Positions 18,952-28,209 of a stretch of 64,000 nucleotides of DNA are shown here, in pieces. The notes beneath the pieces were generated by a model. That model saw only the letters and a program-made list of their open reading frames with translations. It ran no database searches and was not told the origin of the DNA. The stretch lies in the IMG/VR virus record IMGVR_UViG_3300032246_002821, positions 96,001 to 160,000 of that record; one strand, 5' to 3'. The position numbers were made by a program, and so were the translations under genes. Origin of the DNA: a virus. Numbering within the stretch: position 1 is the first letter of the stretch; each line of letters opens with the position of its first letter.

Positions 18952-19704
18952 TTATCCTATTACGAACCACATGGGTGTTTCACCAGCCATATAATTGGTG
19001 ATCTCGCCTTCCAGTTTCTCAATCTTTTCCTTGGCTCTGGCTATTAGATCAGCGCCGTTGAGGCTGGTTCCGCCCTGTGGACCTGGTAGTGTACTGAACT
19101 TGCTGCGGGCTTCACCTATCATCATCATGCACAGGGCCAGCGTATATTCACGAATCCAGGGATTGCTATAGATGTCTGTCAATAAGGTCACATCAGGACG
19201 ATAATTTTCCGTCCACAACAAGATGGTTTCCTTATCTGCCCTGGGTCTACGCATTATGGTCAGTTCTTTAGTGACATTATTGAATTTATAATTGATGTAT
19301 CCACCGAACATCTTGGCAGCTTCTTTGAGGAAACTGCTGTACAGGAAGTATGTGCTGAGACCGCCCACACGTCCTGACTGGATCATATAGAAGTTGACGA
19401 AGCCTGCTTCGAATGGCTCGTATTGGCTGCTGGTGCCTGAGTTTGCACCAATATTGCGTTTAAAACAGTTGCGTACACTGATGACTTCATTGGGTAGCTG
19501 ATATGTGTTGGTGTCCATTTGCAGTTCCAGGAAACTGTAACTTTCTTCCACACTGTTGCTGCTGCGTTGACGGAAACGAATCAGGGATTGTTTCAGTGCA
19601 GTTTCATAATGAACTGGATCCAGTTCGATATCGATCATCCCGTCACCAAGGGTATAACGGACATAATCAAATACTTCTGTTTTTAATTGCTGTATATTTG
19701 CCAT
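18952..19704 (-). CDS. Neck / head-tail adaptor protein (T4 gp13-like)
   Basis: LGDGMIDIELDPVHY...WIREYTLAL...ARSKFSTLPGPQGGTSLNG pattern. Confidence 0.8.
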   Translation of the reverse strand: MANIQQLKTEVFDYVRYTLGDGMIDIELDPVHYETALKQSLIRFRQRSSNSVEESYSFLELQMDTNTYQLPNEVISVRNCFKRNIGANSGTSSQYEPFEAGFVNFYMIQSGRVGGLSTYFLYSSFLKEAAKMFGGYINYKFNNVTKELTIMRRPRADKETILLWTENYRPDVTLLTDIYSNPWIREYTLALCMMMIGEARSKFSTLPGPQGGTSLNGADLIARAKEKIEKLEGEITNYMAGETPMWFVIG

Positions 19705-19736
19705 TGTCCAGTATTTATGTTATTTTAGTCTGTTGT

Positions 19737-21665
19737 ATGATGCCGGTAAATATTGAAATGAACATCAGTGACAAAGAAATAGAAGCTGCTATCGTCAATA
19801 ACAAAGACTGGGCGATGACCAGGACCATGGCAGATTATGTCAGAGATAAGCCGCAGAAAAACCTCACACCTGTGGTTTTCAACCCCAGTACCAAGAAAAC
19901 CAAACTGACACTGATGATGATACCCGAATGGGGAGTGTGGTTTCCGCCTTACAATCTCAGCAGACTTAGTGCAGTAGCTCGTGCAGCAGGATATCCTGTC
20001 ACAGTGTATGATGTAAATGTCAAAGCCTGGCATATAATGAAAAAACAGATGCCCTATGATGCCTGGGACCACAGCAGGGAATGGTTATGGACCAACGAAA
20101 ACTATCACAAAGAGATACATCCCTATCTGGAACCCATCCTCAACGACTATCTGGAAAAACTCATAGCAGATAAACCAGATGTGGTGGGTTTTTGCTTGTA
20201 CTATACAAATGAACGACCAGTGACCTGGCTGGCAGCCAAGATCAGGAAAGCACTGCCAGGCACCAAGATCATTGTGGGAGGGCCGCAGGCAGAAGCAATG
20301 AACCGTTATATGAAGGGAGATATGAACAGGTTCATGAAAGGTGTTTTCCATCACGTGGTTGAGGGAGAAGGTGAACAAGTGTTGCTGGATATCCTGGAAG
20401 CCATTGAAGCAGGCGCACCATTAAAACAAAAAACATTCGAAAAAAACATCAAGATACGCATAGATCTGGACAGTTTGCCTTTTCCTGACTACAGCGATTA
20501 TGATATGCAGGATTATCTCACGCCCCAGGGAATGAGCAGCGAGATCAGTCGTGGTTGTATCGCCAAATGTGTTTTTTGTACAGAAGTCCATTTCTGGAAA
20601 TATCGTGATCGCACAGCCCAGCGATTACTAAACGAACTGGAATATCAGATCAAGCACTTTGGTCTGAAATTTGTATGGTTCATAGACAGTTTAGTCAATG
20701 GCAATCTCAGGCAACTGAGAGGTTTTTGCCTGGGAGTGAAAGAACGCGGCATAGACATCAGATGGCAGGGTTATGCCCGTTGCGATGGCAGGATGGATCT
20801 GGAATATTTCCAGGACCTGGCGGCCAGCGGTTGTATGCACCTGAGCTACGGTATAGAGTCAGGAAGCCAAAAAGTATTGGATTCCATGAAAAAAGAGATA
20901 CGGTTGGGTGAGATAGAAGCCAATATGGCTCACGGCAGGCAGGTGGGCATACTGGCTCAGACAAATTGGATAGTGGGGTTCCCGAATGAAGATCCCGAAG
21001 CCTTCGCCGACACGCTGATACTGATTTGGCGCATCCGTAATGACAACCTGTTCGCCATAAGCGCGGGCATCAGTATGATGTTGAGTCCTGGCAGCGAGAT
21101 AAGCGATAACAGGAACAAATGGAACATTGCAGAAAAGGATTTCCTGAATCTGTGGACCACGACAGATCTAAAAAACACCAAAGTGCATCGTCTTATCAGA
21201 CAGAAAAGTTTCGCAATATTCATAGAACATCTGAATAGCAATAGGCACATCTATGGTTGCGAACGCCCCAATATGAAAAAAACATATGAGATAAAATACA
21301 ACGACCTTTATGTAAACACAACTATAGATCGGGAAACTTACGATTATGAAATAATAAAGACAGATCTAGGTGATTTTGCCAACACAGTGATGAATGAGAT
21401 ATGGCCCTTGTTACGGACCTTTTACCGGGCACTGAACGATTATGAGATCACAGTAAGATTCGATCCAGAGGCAGACAAGGCGGAATTTGGTGACAGGCTT
21501 GGATGCAACTATACAGCACTACACAAATTCAGCATCGATAAAACAGGCGCTTGGCAAGCTGATTTCCATTATGATTTCAAACACCTGGATCACAATGACA
21601 AACCCGATCCCTTCTGGCCAGACAGCAGCTTCACATACCACTGGACTGGCACAGGGCAGTGGTGA
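19737..21665 (+). CDS. Cobalamin-binding radical SAM protein (class B methyltransferase-like)
   Basis: B12-binding-like N-terminal region (KIIVGGPQ, VEGEGE), SRGCIAKCVFC cluster motif, LSYGIESGSQKVLDSMKK; likely start at 19737-19758, since 19503 would overlap the divergent neck gene. Confidence 0.9.
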   Translation: MMPVNIEMNISDKEIEAAIVNNKDWAMTRTMADYVRDKPQKNLTPVVFNPSTKKTKLTLMMIPEWGVWFPPYNLSRLSAVARAAGYPVTVYDVNVKAWHIMKKQMPYDAWDHSREWLWTNENYHKEIHPYLEPILNDYLEKLIADKPDVVGFCLYYTNERPVTWLAAKIRKALPGTKIIVGGPQAEAMNRYMKGDMNRFMKGVFHHVVEGEGEQVLLDILEAIEAGAPLKQKTFEKNIKIRIDLDSLPFPDYSDYDMQDYLTPQGMSSEISRGCIAKCVFCTEVHFWKYRDRTAQRLLNELEYQIKHFGLKFVWFIDSLVNGNLRQLRGFCLGVKERGIDIRWQGYARCDGRMDLEYFQDLAASGCMHLSYGIESGSQKVLDSMKKEIRLGEIEANMAHGRQVGILAQTNWIVGFPNEDPEAFADTLILIWRIRNDNLFAISAGISMMLSPGSEISDNRNKWNIAEKDFLNLWTTTDLKNTKVHRLIRQKSFAIFIEHLNSNRHIYGCERPNMKKTYEIKYNDLYVNTTIDRETYDYEIIKTDLGDFANTVMNEIWPLLRTFYRALNDYEITVRFDPEADKAEFGDRLGCNYTALHKFSIDKTGAWQADFHYDFKHLDHNDKPDPFWPDSSFTYHWTGTGQW

Positions 21666-21959
21666 TCAACTACCATATTTTAATACGAATTCCACCTGGT
21701 GTTCCTTAGACAATTCCGCACTTATTACGATATCCCAGCCCAGCTGATGATTGGGTGTGCAGATGTAAGTGGCTTGTACGATAGCTCTTTCTTTCAACCA
21801 CAGAGCTTTCTCCGTTTTTTCCCAATCGTATAATGGAAAACTGGCCATGAGATAGGGATCTTCTGAATCTCCCATTTTTAAAACTTCGACTATCATCAGC
21901 AGAATCCCTGTAAATTTTCGCTGCGGACGATCTTTGTCAGCCTCCTGATATCTGTGCAA
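21666..21959 (-). CDS. Small hypothetical protein (start uncertain)
   Basis: Last ORF of the minus-strand run, abutting the radical SAM stop. Confidence 0.45.
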   Translation of the reverse strand: MHRYQEADKDRPQRKFTGILLMIVEVLKMGDSEDPYLMASFPLYDWEKTEKALWLKERAIVQATYICTPNHQLGWDIVISAELSKEHQVEFVLKYGS

Positions 21960-22741
21960 TCCATCCAGGGCCAGATGTTGTTTTGCTGTGCCTGTTCAGT
22001 GATGTGTTTACGCAGATTGTCCTGGCTGTCAGAGACTGATGTGATCGTATCTGGACGCCAGTCGTGATCATAAGTTTTTTGCAGATAAGACAAATGCTCT
22101 TGAGGTAGTGGGTGTCCGTCGTTGAATCTCGGATGTATCGTCTGTTGATCTATATGGAATTTGCTTTGCAAATCATTATTCCACAGCACATCATAATAAC
22201 TAGCTGGTATCTTTTGTAGCACATCGCTGTACATCTTTATCAGCCTGTGCATCTGTTCAGGTGTACCAAACATACTGGCATCTGGATTCCACTGGTCCTT
22301 GCGCCTGATTATGTCCATCATGGCCATATGATGATACTGGCATCCACGTTGTTGCAGGAAAGCGTCCGTGGCTGCGATGGTAGCCAGGTCTCGGATCAGA
22401 TAGCCCAGTGGGTCGGCGCACTTGTCCACAAAATGCTGATCGTAAAAATCTTGTGTATAGATGTTGCCGCACAGCTGCCAATGATCCTGGATATACCGGT
22501 CTTCTCTACACACATTTGTCCAACAGATTATTATCAGATCCGTGCTGCGGAATTTAAAATTGGCATCAGCTTGCATCAGCATATTGAATATGTACTGATT
22601 ACCTGCTGCTATACGCCCGTAATTGTACAGTGGGACCTGCAGGTCATAGGCCACTATCTCAGGCCATCCGGTCCAGTTGTAATCTGTAAAGCTGCATCCA
22701 AATGTGAACAATCTTTGCGGTTTTTGTGCTATCAATTTCAA
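21896..22741 (-). CDS. SGNH-hydrolase-like protein
   Basis: LFTFGCSFT, NYGRIAAGN, DGHP motifs match SGNH blocks I, II and V; TTG start with GGAG upstream. Confidence 0.6.
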   Translation of the reverse strand: MKLIAQKPQRLFTFGCSFTDYNWTGWPEIVAYDLQVPLYNYGRIAAGNQYIFNMLMQADANFKFRSTDLIIICWTNVCREDRYIQDHWQLCGNIYTQDFYDQHFVDKCADPLGYLIRDLATIAATDAFLQQRGCQYHHMAMMDIIRRKDQWNPDASMFGTPEQMHRLIKMYSDVLQKIPASYYDVLWNNDLQSKFHIDQQTIHPRFNDGHPLPQEHLSYLQKTYDHDWRPDTITSVSDSQDNLRKHITEQAQQNNIWPWMDCTDIRRLTKIVRSENLQGFC

Positions 22742-22977
22742 TAATTATTCTCCCATTTAAGCAGGCAAAGAGTCAGTTGATCTCTTTGTTCAGGACCTCC
22801 GGTCACAGACCAATAGGGATTGCCATTGTTGAAATTGTAACTGATTTCTGCAGGAGATTCGATATTGTCTTCCAACCAGGCGTGTAATTCCCTGCTCTGT
22901 TCCCAGTGCCTGGCCCACTTGTATATTTTCACTTGCCATCTGCCATCAGGATGATCTGACAATTCGATAGGTTTCAA
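22738..22977 (-). CDS. Small hypothetical protein
   Basis: Probable TTG start at 22977 overlapping the upstream TGA. Confidence 0.5.
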   Translation of the reverse strand: MKPIELSDHPDGRWQVKIYKWARHWEQSRELHAWLEDNIESPAEISYNFNNGNPYWSVTGGPEQRDQLTLCLLKWENNY

Positions 22978-23264
22978 TGTAACAGTACCTTGATCCAGCC
23001 CACGGAATCCATGCTTGCAATCATCAGGCCTGTGGCCAACATACCGAAACTGCCTCTGCTCCAGGCACACCAGGCATAGATTAATGTGCCGCTGATCCAC
23101 AAAGGATACAGCAACAGGAATGGCAGATCAGGTACAGTGGCATTGACTATGATAGCACACAACAGGCTGTTTAGCCAACACAACACTTCCAGCACGAATC
23201 TGATCTTGTTTTCTGCCCAATCGTCCTTGATCCATTCCCAGATGTTTTTTATGAATCCGTTCAT
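22974..23264 (-). CDS. Small multi-TM membrane protein (paralogue of 55677-55958)
   Basis: Three hydrophobic segments; F.LE.L...YP..GW pattern shared with 55677-55958. Confidence 0.65.
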   Translation of the reverse strand: MNGFIKNIWEWIKDDWAENKIRFVLEVLCWLNSLLCAIIVNATVPDLPFLLLYPLWISGTLIYAWCAWSRGSFGMLATGLMIASMDSVGWIKVLLH

Positions 23265-23674
23265 TTTTTTTCCAGTTGCGGGTATCCCAGATAACGGCGC
23301 AGTTCCTTGTCCTGCGGTTCGAATCGTTCTCCCAGGAAGAAGATACGATAGCTCTCACTACCATACTGTCCTATGCCATATAACACATTAGCATCTGCGC
23401 CGTCCCAGGTCAAGAAGTCTATGCTCATACGGTAGATCCTTTTGGCCCGGACCTTGTACATACCCAATGGTTGTATCACAGCCTCGATGTCTATGATGCG
23501 GCTACGAAGCAATGCTTCAGGTGTGGGCCAGCGACTGAGAAATTCTGGCAGCACTGTCTTGACAGGTTTACAACCAGTCTGGTTAAGCATTATAACGCCC
23601 ACCATATGTTGCCAGGCGCCAGAGATCTGTTGCTGCACCATCAGGTCATCAGAAAGGGGCGTTGTGTTCGCCAT
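23261..23674 (-). CDS. HhH-GPD DNA glycosylase, MBD4-like
   Basis: WQHMVGVIMLNQT, FLSRWPTPEALL, IQPLGMYKVRAKRI, LYGIGQYGSESYRIF. Confidence 0.85.
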   Translation of the reverse strand: MANTTPLSDDLMVQQQISGAWQHMVGVIMLNQTGCKPVKTVLPEFLSRWPTPEALLRSRIIDIEAVIQPLGMYKVRAKRIYRMSIDFLTWDGADANVLYGIGQYGSESYRIFFLGERFEPQDKELRRYLGYPQLEKK

Positions 23675-24053
23675 CAGGTAATACCCCACTGTAACCAGGA
23701 TCACGGCCTTGCACGATAGCCTGCTTTAACCGCTCGCCCTTGTAATGGTCGGCGGTCTTACGTTCAGCATTGGTGATCTTCTGTTTGAAGCCCAGTGCAT
23801 TCAGGTATTCCTGATGCTTCTGCCAGCCACGGAGGAAACACTCACACTCAGCGAGATCGCCGGCAAACAGTTCGATACCACGGGTGTATACAGGCAGTAT
23901 GGTGCCGTCATCTTCCGGCACACGGATGAAGAAAATATCTTCATTTCCAGGAAATCCGTAACCGTGGCGACCGTGGCCCTCCAGCATGAAGCCCAGTTTG
24001 TTACAGTTGTGTTCCAGATCCATCATACGCTTATAAGTCTTGTAACCGCTCAT
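23649..24053 (-). CDS. Hypothetical protein
   Basis: 134-aa ORF with coupled start/stop in the operon. Confidence 0.65.
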   Translation of the reverse strand: MSGYKTYKRMMDLEHNCNKLGFMLEGHGRHGYGFPGNEDIFFIRVPEDDGTILPVYTRGIELFAGDLAECECFLRGWQKHQEYLNALGFKQKITNAERKTADHYKGERLKQAIVQGRDPGYSGVLPDGEHNAPF

Positions 24054-24469
24054 CTTGTTTTCTCCACTATGTCTTTGTAGCCGGTATGGCTGGGATGAAT
24101 CTGATCTGGTTGTACATTACGGATGGGAACCAAACCGTCTCCGTGCTGAGCTGCCACTTCCCGTACCCACTGCTGTATCTGTTCGATGGGCAGGTTCTGT
24201 GGAGCATGTAGGTTGCCATGTGGCAATACCCAGAACACTCGTTCAGCTGTCACACGCTGGCGTATGCGAAGCAGTTCTTCCTTTGTCCTGACACCCTTGT
24301 GATCGTTGGAACCCATGCTGATCACTACAGTGCGAGCAGTCAGTGGCATAGTATACATCTTATTGAACTGCCAGCTGTTGATACCGCCCTTGGCTACCAT
24401 CTCACAATGTGGAGCAAACTGATGGATGCCCACTGCAATGCTGTCACCTGCTATCAGACATTCAAACAT
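24050..24469 (-). CDS. SGNH/GDSL hydrolase-like protein
   Basis: LIAGDSIAVG, ISMGSND, DQIHP; paralogue of 47670-48095. Confidence 0.8.
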   Translation of the reverse strand: MFECLIAGDSIAVGIHQFAPHCEMVAKGGINSWQFNKMYTMPLTARTVVISMGSNDHKGVRTKEELLRIRQRVTAERVFWVLPHGNLHAPQNLPIEQIQQWVREVAAQHGDGLVPIRNVQPDQIHPSHTGYKDIVEKTR

Positions 24470-24823
24470 TTCTCTGCCTTTCCCATTCGTTATATCCTGC
24501 ATCTACCACAGTCATGGTCACGCCCATCTCGCTCAGCTGTTGTATCTGCTGGTATGCAGCATCGTATAGACGATTGCAGACACACATCTTCACACGATGC
24601 GCCAGCTTCATGAACTCGTAGTCTTTCATTCCATCTCTTCCAACATCGCGACGAAATCTCTGCCCACTTGGGCGAAGTATTCATCTAGATCCTTAGCCAT
24701 CTGATCCTCTGCTAGTTGCAGGTCCAGAGCAATCGTGAGGATCATCTGGGGTTTGAAAGTCTCTGGATCTACTTTTATCTCACGATTGATAAGTTTCATC
24801 ACCAATCCTTCTGCTTATAATAA

Positions 24824-24851
24824 AATGTAACACATCTTTCACAGTTGTCAA
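24824..24851 (-). promoter_or_regulatory. Sigma70-type promoter TTGACA-N11-TGTGT-TACATT
   Basis: Read on the minus strand upstream of a short-ORF run; same architecture as at 33098, 41574 and 48432. Confidence 0.7.
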
Positions 24852-25069
24852 GGGCGATATTTGCCATACCAGAATTTGCTGCTGTGCCGTAGTCTAAGAT
24901 TGCTTTCACGAATATGCTCCAGCAATGCTTTTGCCAGAGTAGCCTGATCTCTACGCCAGCTGACATCTTCTTCGTCGGTGATCTTATCCAGCAGATCCTG
25001 TACCATATCGATGTATGGGCAGGTGTCATCAGGTACCACAGGCTTCTTTATAACTGGACGGTGTGCCAT
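24848..25069 (-). CDS. Small hypothetical protein
   Basis: 73-aa ORF in a packed minus-strand run. Confidence 0.55.
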   Translation of the reverse strand: MAHRPVIKKPVVPDDTCPYIDMVQDLLDKITDEEDVSWRRDQATLAKALLEHIRESNLRLRHSSKFWYGKYRP

Positions 25070-25290
25070 GCTGCCAGTTTTTCCTCGTCCAACATCTTCT
25101 TGGCTGTCTTGACTTCTTGGGCAAAGTCGATGCCATTCTGCTCACAGTATGCTTGCAGGTCGGTCAGCAGATCTGCCACACGGTCATAGGTGTAATGCTC
25201 CACCTTGTAGCTTGCTACCATCAGCTCACCACGGCGCACACTCTTTTGATAATCGGTCATGATCTCAGTCATATACAAATCTCGCTTCAT
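25048..25290 (-). CDS. Small hypothetical protein
   Basis: 80-aa ORF in a packed minus-strand run. Confidence 0.5.
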   Translation of the reverse strand: MKRDLYMTEIMTDYQKSVRRGELMVASYKVEHYTYDRVADLLTDLQAYCEQNGIDFAQEVKTAKKMLDEEKLAAWHTVQL

Positions 25291-25531
25291 AATTGCCAGT
25301 GGGCATATCTTTAGATGTGGGATAATGATTATTTACCACTACCCAAGCTAAGTTGTGAGCATTATCGTTTTTGCCCATCCACACTGTTTCTTCGATGGTG
25401 TGTTTGGTTACCTTCTCATAGAAAGTGATACGCAACTTGCGCTGTTCTTTTTTCTTGCTATTCTTATTGTGGCGTTGCAGCCAGCCGATCTCTGTGCTAT
25501 TCCAGATCTTATCCAACTGTTGCTTGTTCAT
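25265..25531 (-). CDS. Small hypothetical protein
   Basis: Likely start MNKQQ at 25531, immediately after the upstream stop. Confidence 0.55.
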   Translation of the reverse strand: MNKQQLDKIWNSTEIGWLQRHNKNSKKKEQRKLRITFYEKVTKHTIEETVWMGKNDNAHNLAWVVVNNHYPTSKDMPTGNYEARFVYD

Positions 25532-25532
25532 A

Positions 25533-26195
25533 TCATGCCTCACCCAGGGGTTCATAATTCCGCCAGGTGGTCTCATAACTGGCTTCGAAGATGTCGGGCT
25601 TGCAGGGATAAAACTCACCCCGGATGCCTTTGATGATATAGTCGCCCAGTGTAGCGATATGTTCCACCTGTGCATCACTACCATCTTCCAGTGTGCGGAT
25701 GTGTGCTTCAGTATCAGTGACCTCTCCCAAAGCATCACCGCAGAAGTCGCGCAAAACTTCTACTGTCTCGGCAGTGAAAGGCACTGCTTGTACCACTACT
25801 GGTTTCTTAACATAGTTCTGGATCACATATTCCACTTTCAGCGGGCCAGTGACAAAGTATTCTGTGTCTGTGCTATCCCAATCTTCGTTCTCCAGACCTT
25901 CCGCACCATCTTCGTTATAGATATCTTCCAGTCGTTCGATCTCATCAGGATCCATATCATCTGGCCAGGTCCATTCCTGCCAGCAACCATCATCCTGTTC
26001 CTGATCACTGATATCACCGAAGCTGAACACTTCGGTCTGACCTTCAGGATCATGACCACTGATATCCGGTTTGATTTCATAATCCCAATGCCCCCAGCGC
26101 CAACCGATCTCCAGCTGAGCTGTGAGTTCGCCATTGGTCCAGGTTTCGATCTGGGTGATGCTTTTCTTTTCTTGTGTACTGAGACGCCAGGTCAT
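25533..26195 (-). CDS. Two-domain protein: acidic N-terminus plus PGDYG-like domain
   Basis: KKPVVVQAV...TLEDG...ATLGDYIIKGIRGEFYPCKPDIFEASYE. Confidence 0.7.
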   Translation of the reverse strand: MTWRLSTQEKKSITQIETWTNGELTAQLEIGWRWGHWDYEIKPDISGHDPEGQTEVFSFGDISDQEQDDGCWQEWTWPDDMDPDEIERLEDIYNEDGAEGLENEDWDSTDTEYFVTGPLKVEYVIQNYVKKPVVVQAVPFTAETVEVLRDFCGDALGEVTDTEAHIRTLEDGSDAQVEHIATLGDYIIKGIRGEFYPCKPDIFEASYETTWRNYEPLGEA

Positions 26196-26428
26196 TGTTG
26201 TTCCTCTTCTAGGGTTTGTGCTTCGGTATAGGGCAAATAGTATTCCATCATGATCTTGATAGCTTCAAAATATCGGATAGCAGTTTCCAGATCTTCCTGC
26301 TCAAAGTCTGGCAATTCACCACGGGCTCGCAGATCATATATCTGCCTACGCAGTCCACGATAGTCTGTGACTAAGATGTCACGGAACAGGGCATCAGCAG
26401 TTTCGTCACTGATATCAATCTGAGGCAT
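26192..26428 (-). CDS. Small acidic hypothetical protein
   Basis: Coupled start/stop overlaps. Confidence 0.6.
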   Translation of the reverse strand: MPQIDISDETADALFRDILVTDYRGLRRQIYDLRARGELPDFEQEDLETAIRYFEAIKIMMEYYLPYTEAQTLEEEQQ

Positions 26429-26606
26429 GGTCAGTCTCCTGAGGTTGTGCTTTCATTTGTTCTACTAGTACAGTCATCTCTTTGAGCCGTATGTCCAAGC
26501 TGTGTAGCAGAGCAGCGTTCATAGTGATCAGTTTCTTGTTCTGTTGTTGGAGATCAGCAATCTGCTGATCTCTGTTGTAGTTGTGGATCGCATCGTTGTC
26601 GGTCAT
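26415..26606 (-). CDS. Small coiled-coil hypothetical protein
   Basis: Coupled start/stop overlaps. Confidence 0.55.
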   Translation of the reverse strand: MTDNDAIHNYNRDQQIADLQQQNKKLITMNAALLHSLDIRLKEMTVLVEQMKAQPQETDHASD

Positions 26607-27763
26607 TTCTGTACCTTTAATAGCATAGTGTCTGCGTTGAGTCGACCATTCATTTGCACTCCAGTGGTGCTCATTTCCTCCAGCCAGCTACGCAGGGCAA
26701 CCTTGCCAGCTGCCATGAACTTCTTCATCACCACCTCGGGCTTGCGTACAGTCTTGGCCACACTGGCACTGGCATCATAACCCAGGATAGCAGTACCACG
26801 GATGCCCAGTGTACCTGAATCTGCTGCTGCCACATACTTGCCCAGCTTGCGGGTCTTTTTGTTGTAGACCCACAACTCTTTGGCGCCAATCACATCCACA
26901 GGATTGATGCTGACCAGGTTCAGTGTGGTGTCCTCAGTGCAATACTTGACCTTCTTGACCAGCTTTTCTTTGCTCACAGGCTTCTTGACGCGAGCCTTAC
27001 GCACCGCTGCCTTGACTGCACCATATGTATTCAGTGCATCTGTCAGCTTGGTATAGAACTGTTGCATACGTTTGAGGTCAGTCTTTGTGACCCACTTGTA
27101 TGCTTCTGCCAACTGGCTGTCAGCACCCTTGCCCTGGCTGGCGGTTAGCTCTGCTTCGATCTCTGCATAATAGGCAGTGATGCGGCTGACAAACTGCTGG
27201 GGCATCTTGATTTCACGAAAGTATGTGACAAAGTCCGGCAATTCAGCACCAGCAAGATAGGCGTCATACTGGGCTTCCAGTTCGCCGATGACATCATACT
27301 GCTTTTCACGCATATGATCCTGGATAGTGCGTTTGGCCTGTGGAGCTTTGACGGCTTGTTTCTCCGTCAACTTGGCTGTGCCATAGGCCAGCAATTCAGT
27401 GAGCTTGTTTGTCACATAATCCGGCACTGCATCGGGCAAGCCGTTGATCTTCATCTTGCTGAAGCTGCAAACCGTCATACCCACACGGCTGTCTTCGCAC
27501 TCTGTGAAAGCGGCTATCTCGGCCTTGCCCCACTTGAGATCGCGTTGGCCATACTGCACCACATACTTCCGCATTTCTGCGGGAGTGTGATAATAATTAT
27601 AGAAATTGTAGCTACGCAACAGGGCGAAGCGTTGCTGTTCTTCCGTGAGTTTGTCCCACTTTTCAAAGGTCAGCTCACCACCAGTGAACTTCTCGTCAGT
27701 GTATTTGGGCTGACGAATAGCGGGTTTCTTCTTGGACTTGACGCTGAGCAAACTTTTGGCCAT
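26603..27763 (-). CDS. Hypothetical protein (basic, helical)
   Basis: 386-aa ORF with an AGGAG Shine-Dalgarno. Confidence 0.75.
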   Translation of the reverse strand: MAKSLLSVKSKKKPAIRQPKYTDEKFTGGELTFEKWDKLTEEQQRFALLRSYNFYNYYHTPAEMRKYVVQYGQRDLKWGKAEIAAFTECEDSRVGMTVCSFSKMKINGLPDAVPDYVTNKLTELLAYGTAKLTEKQAVKAPQAKRTIQDHMREKQYDVIGELEAQYDAYLAGAELPDFVTYFREIKMPQQFVSRITAYYAEIEAELTASQGKGADSQLAEAYKWVTKTDLKRMQQFYTKLTDALNTYGAVKAAVRKARVKKPVSKEKLVKKVKYCTEDTTLNLVSINPVDVIGAKELWVYNKKTRKLGKYVAAADSGTLGIRGTAILGYDASASVAKTVRKPEVVMKKFMAAGKVALRSWLEEMSTTGVQMNGRLNADTMLLKVQK

Positions 27764-27786
27764 ATGGCTATCTCCTGTTTATATCG

Positions 27787-28209
27787 TCAGAATACACTGT
27801 TTAGAGCTTCTGTCAACTGATTTGTCGGCACACCGTGTGCTATGTATCCTTCAGTACACATCTGCAGATATCCCGGACTGGGTTCCTGCAGATAGTCCTG
27901 ATCTGCCATAGTATAGACCCAGGCTATTATATGGTTTCCGTGTTTGTTCATAACCCATACACGCTGGCGCAGGTAATAATCAGGAAAACCTTCAAGGATA
28001 TCAAGTGCATCCAGATCATCGTCCGACACCTGCCACAGCACGCCGTGGACAGAGTTATAATCAGCCAGTTCCACATCTGCGTGGTTACGGAATACGAAGC
28101 GATATCCGGGCAGCAACGCTTCACCCAGGCACACAGATTCAGGGCATCTGCTAGCCATCTGTTCGGGGTGAGTGTTCATTCCATACGCGAAATAAAGATG
28201 TGTGTTCAT
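27787..28209 (-). CDS. Gamma-glutamylcyclotransferase (AIG2-like)
   Basis: LYFAYGMN, VHGVLWQV, LDILEGFPDYY, AWVY. Confidence 0.9.
   Translation of the reverse strand: MNTHLYFAYGMNTHPEQMASRCPESVCLGEALLPGYRFVFRNHADVELADYNSVHGVLWQVSDDDLDALDILEGFPDYYLRQRVWVMNKHGNHIIAWVYTMADQDYLQEPSPGYLQMCTEGYIAHGVPTNQLTEALNSVF

Noticed and set aside
19503-19736. N-terminal extension of the radical SAM gene from 19503
   Set aside because: It overlaps the divergent neck gene and is Cys-rich and unprotein-like; a start near 19737-19758 fits better.
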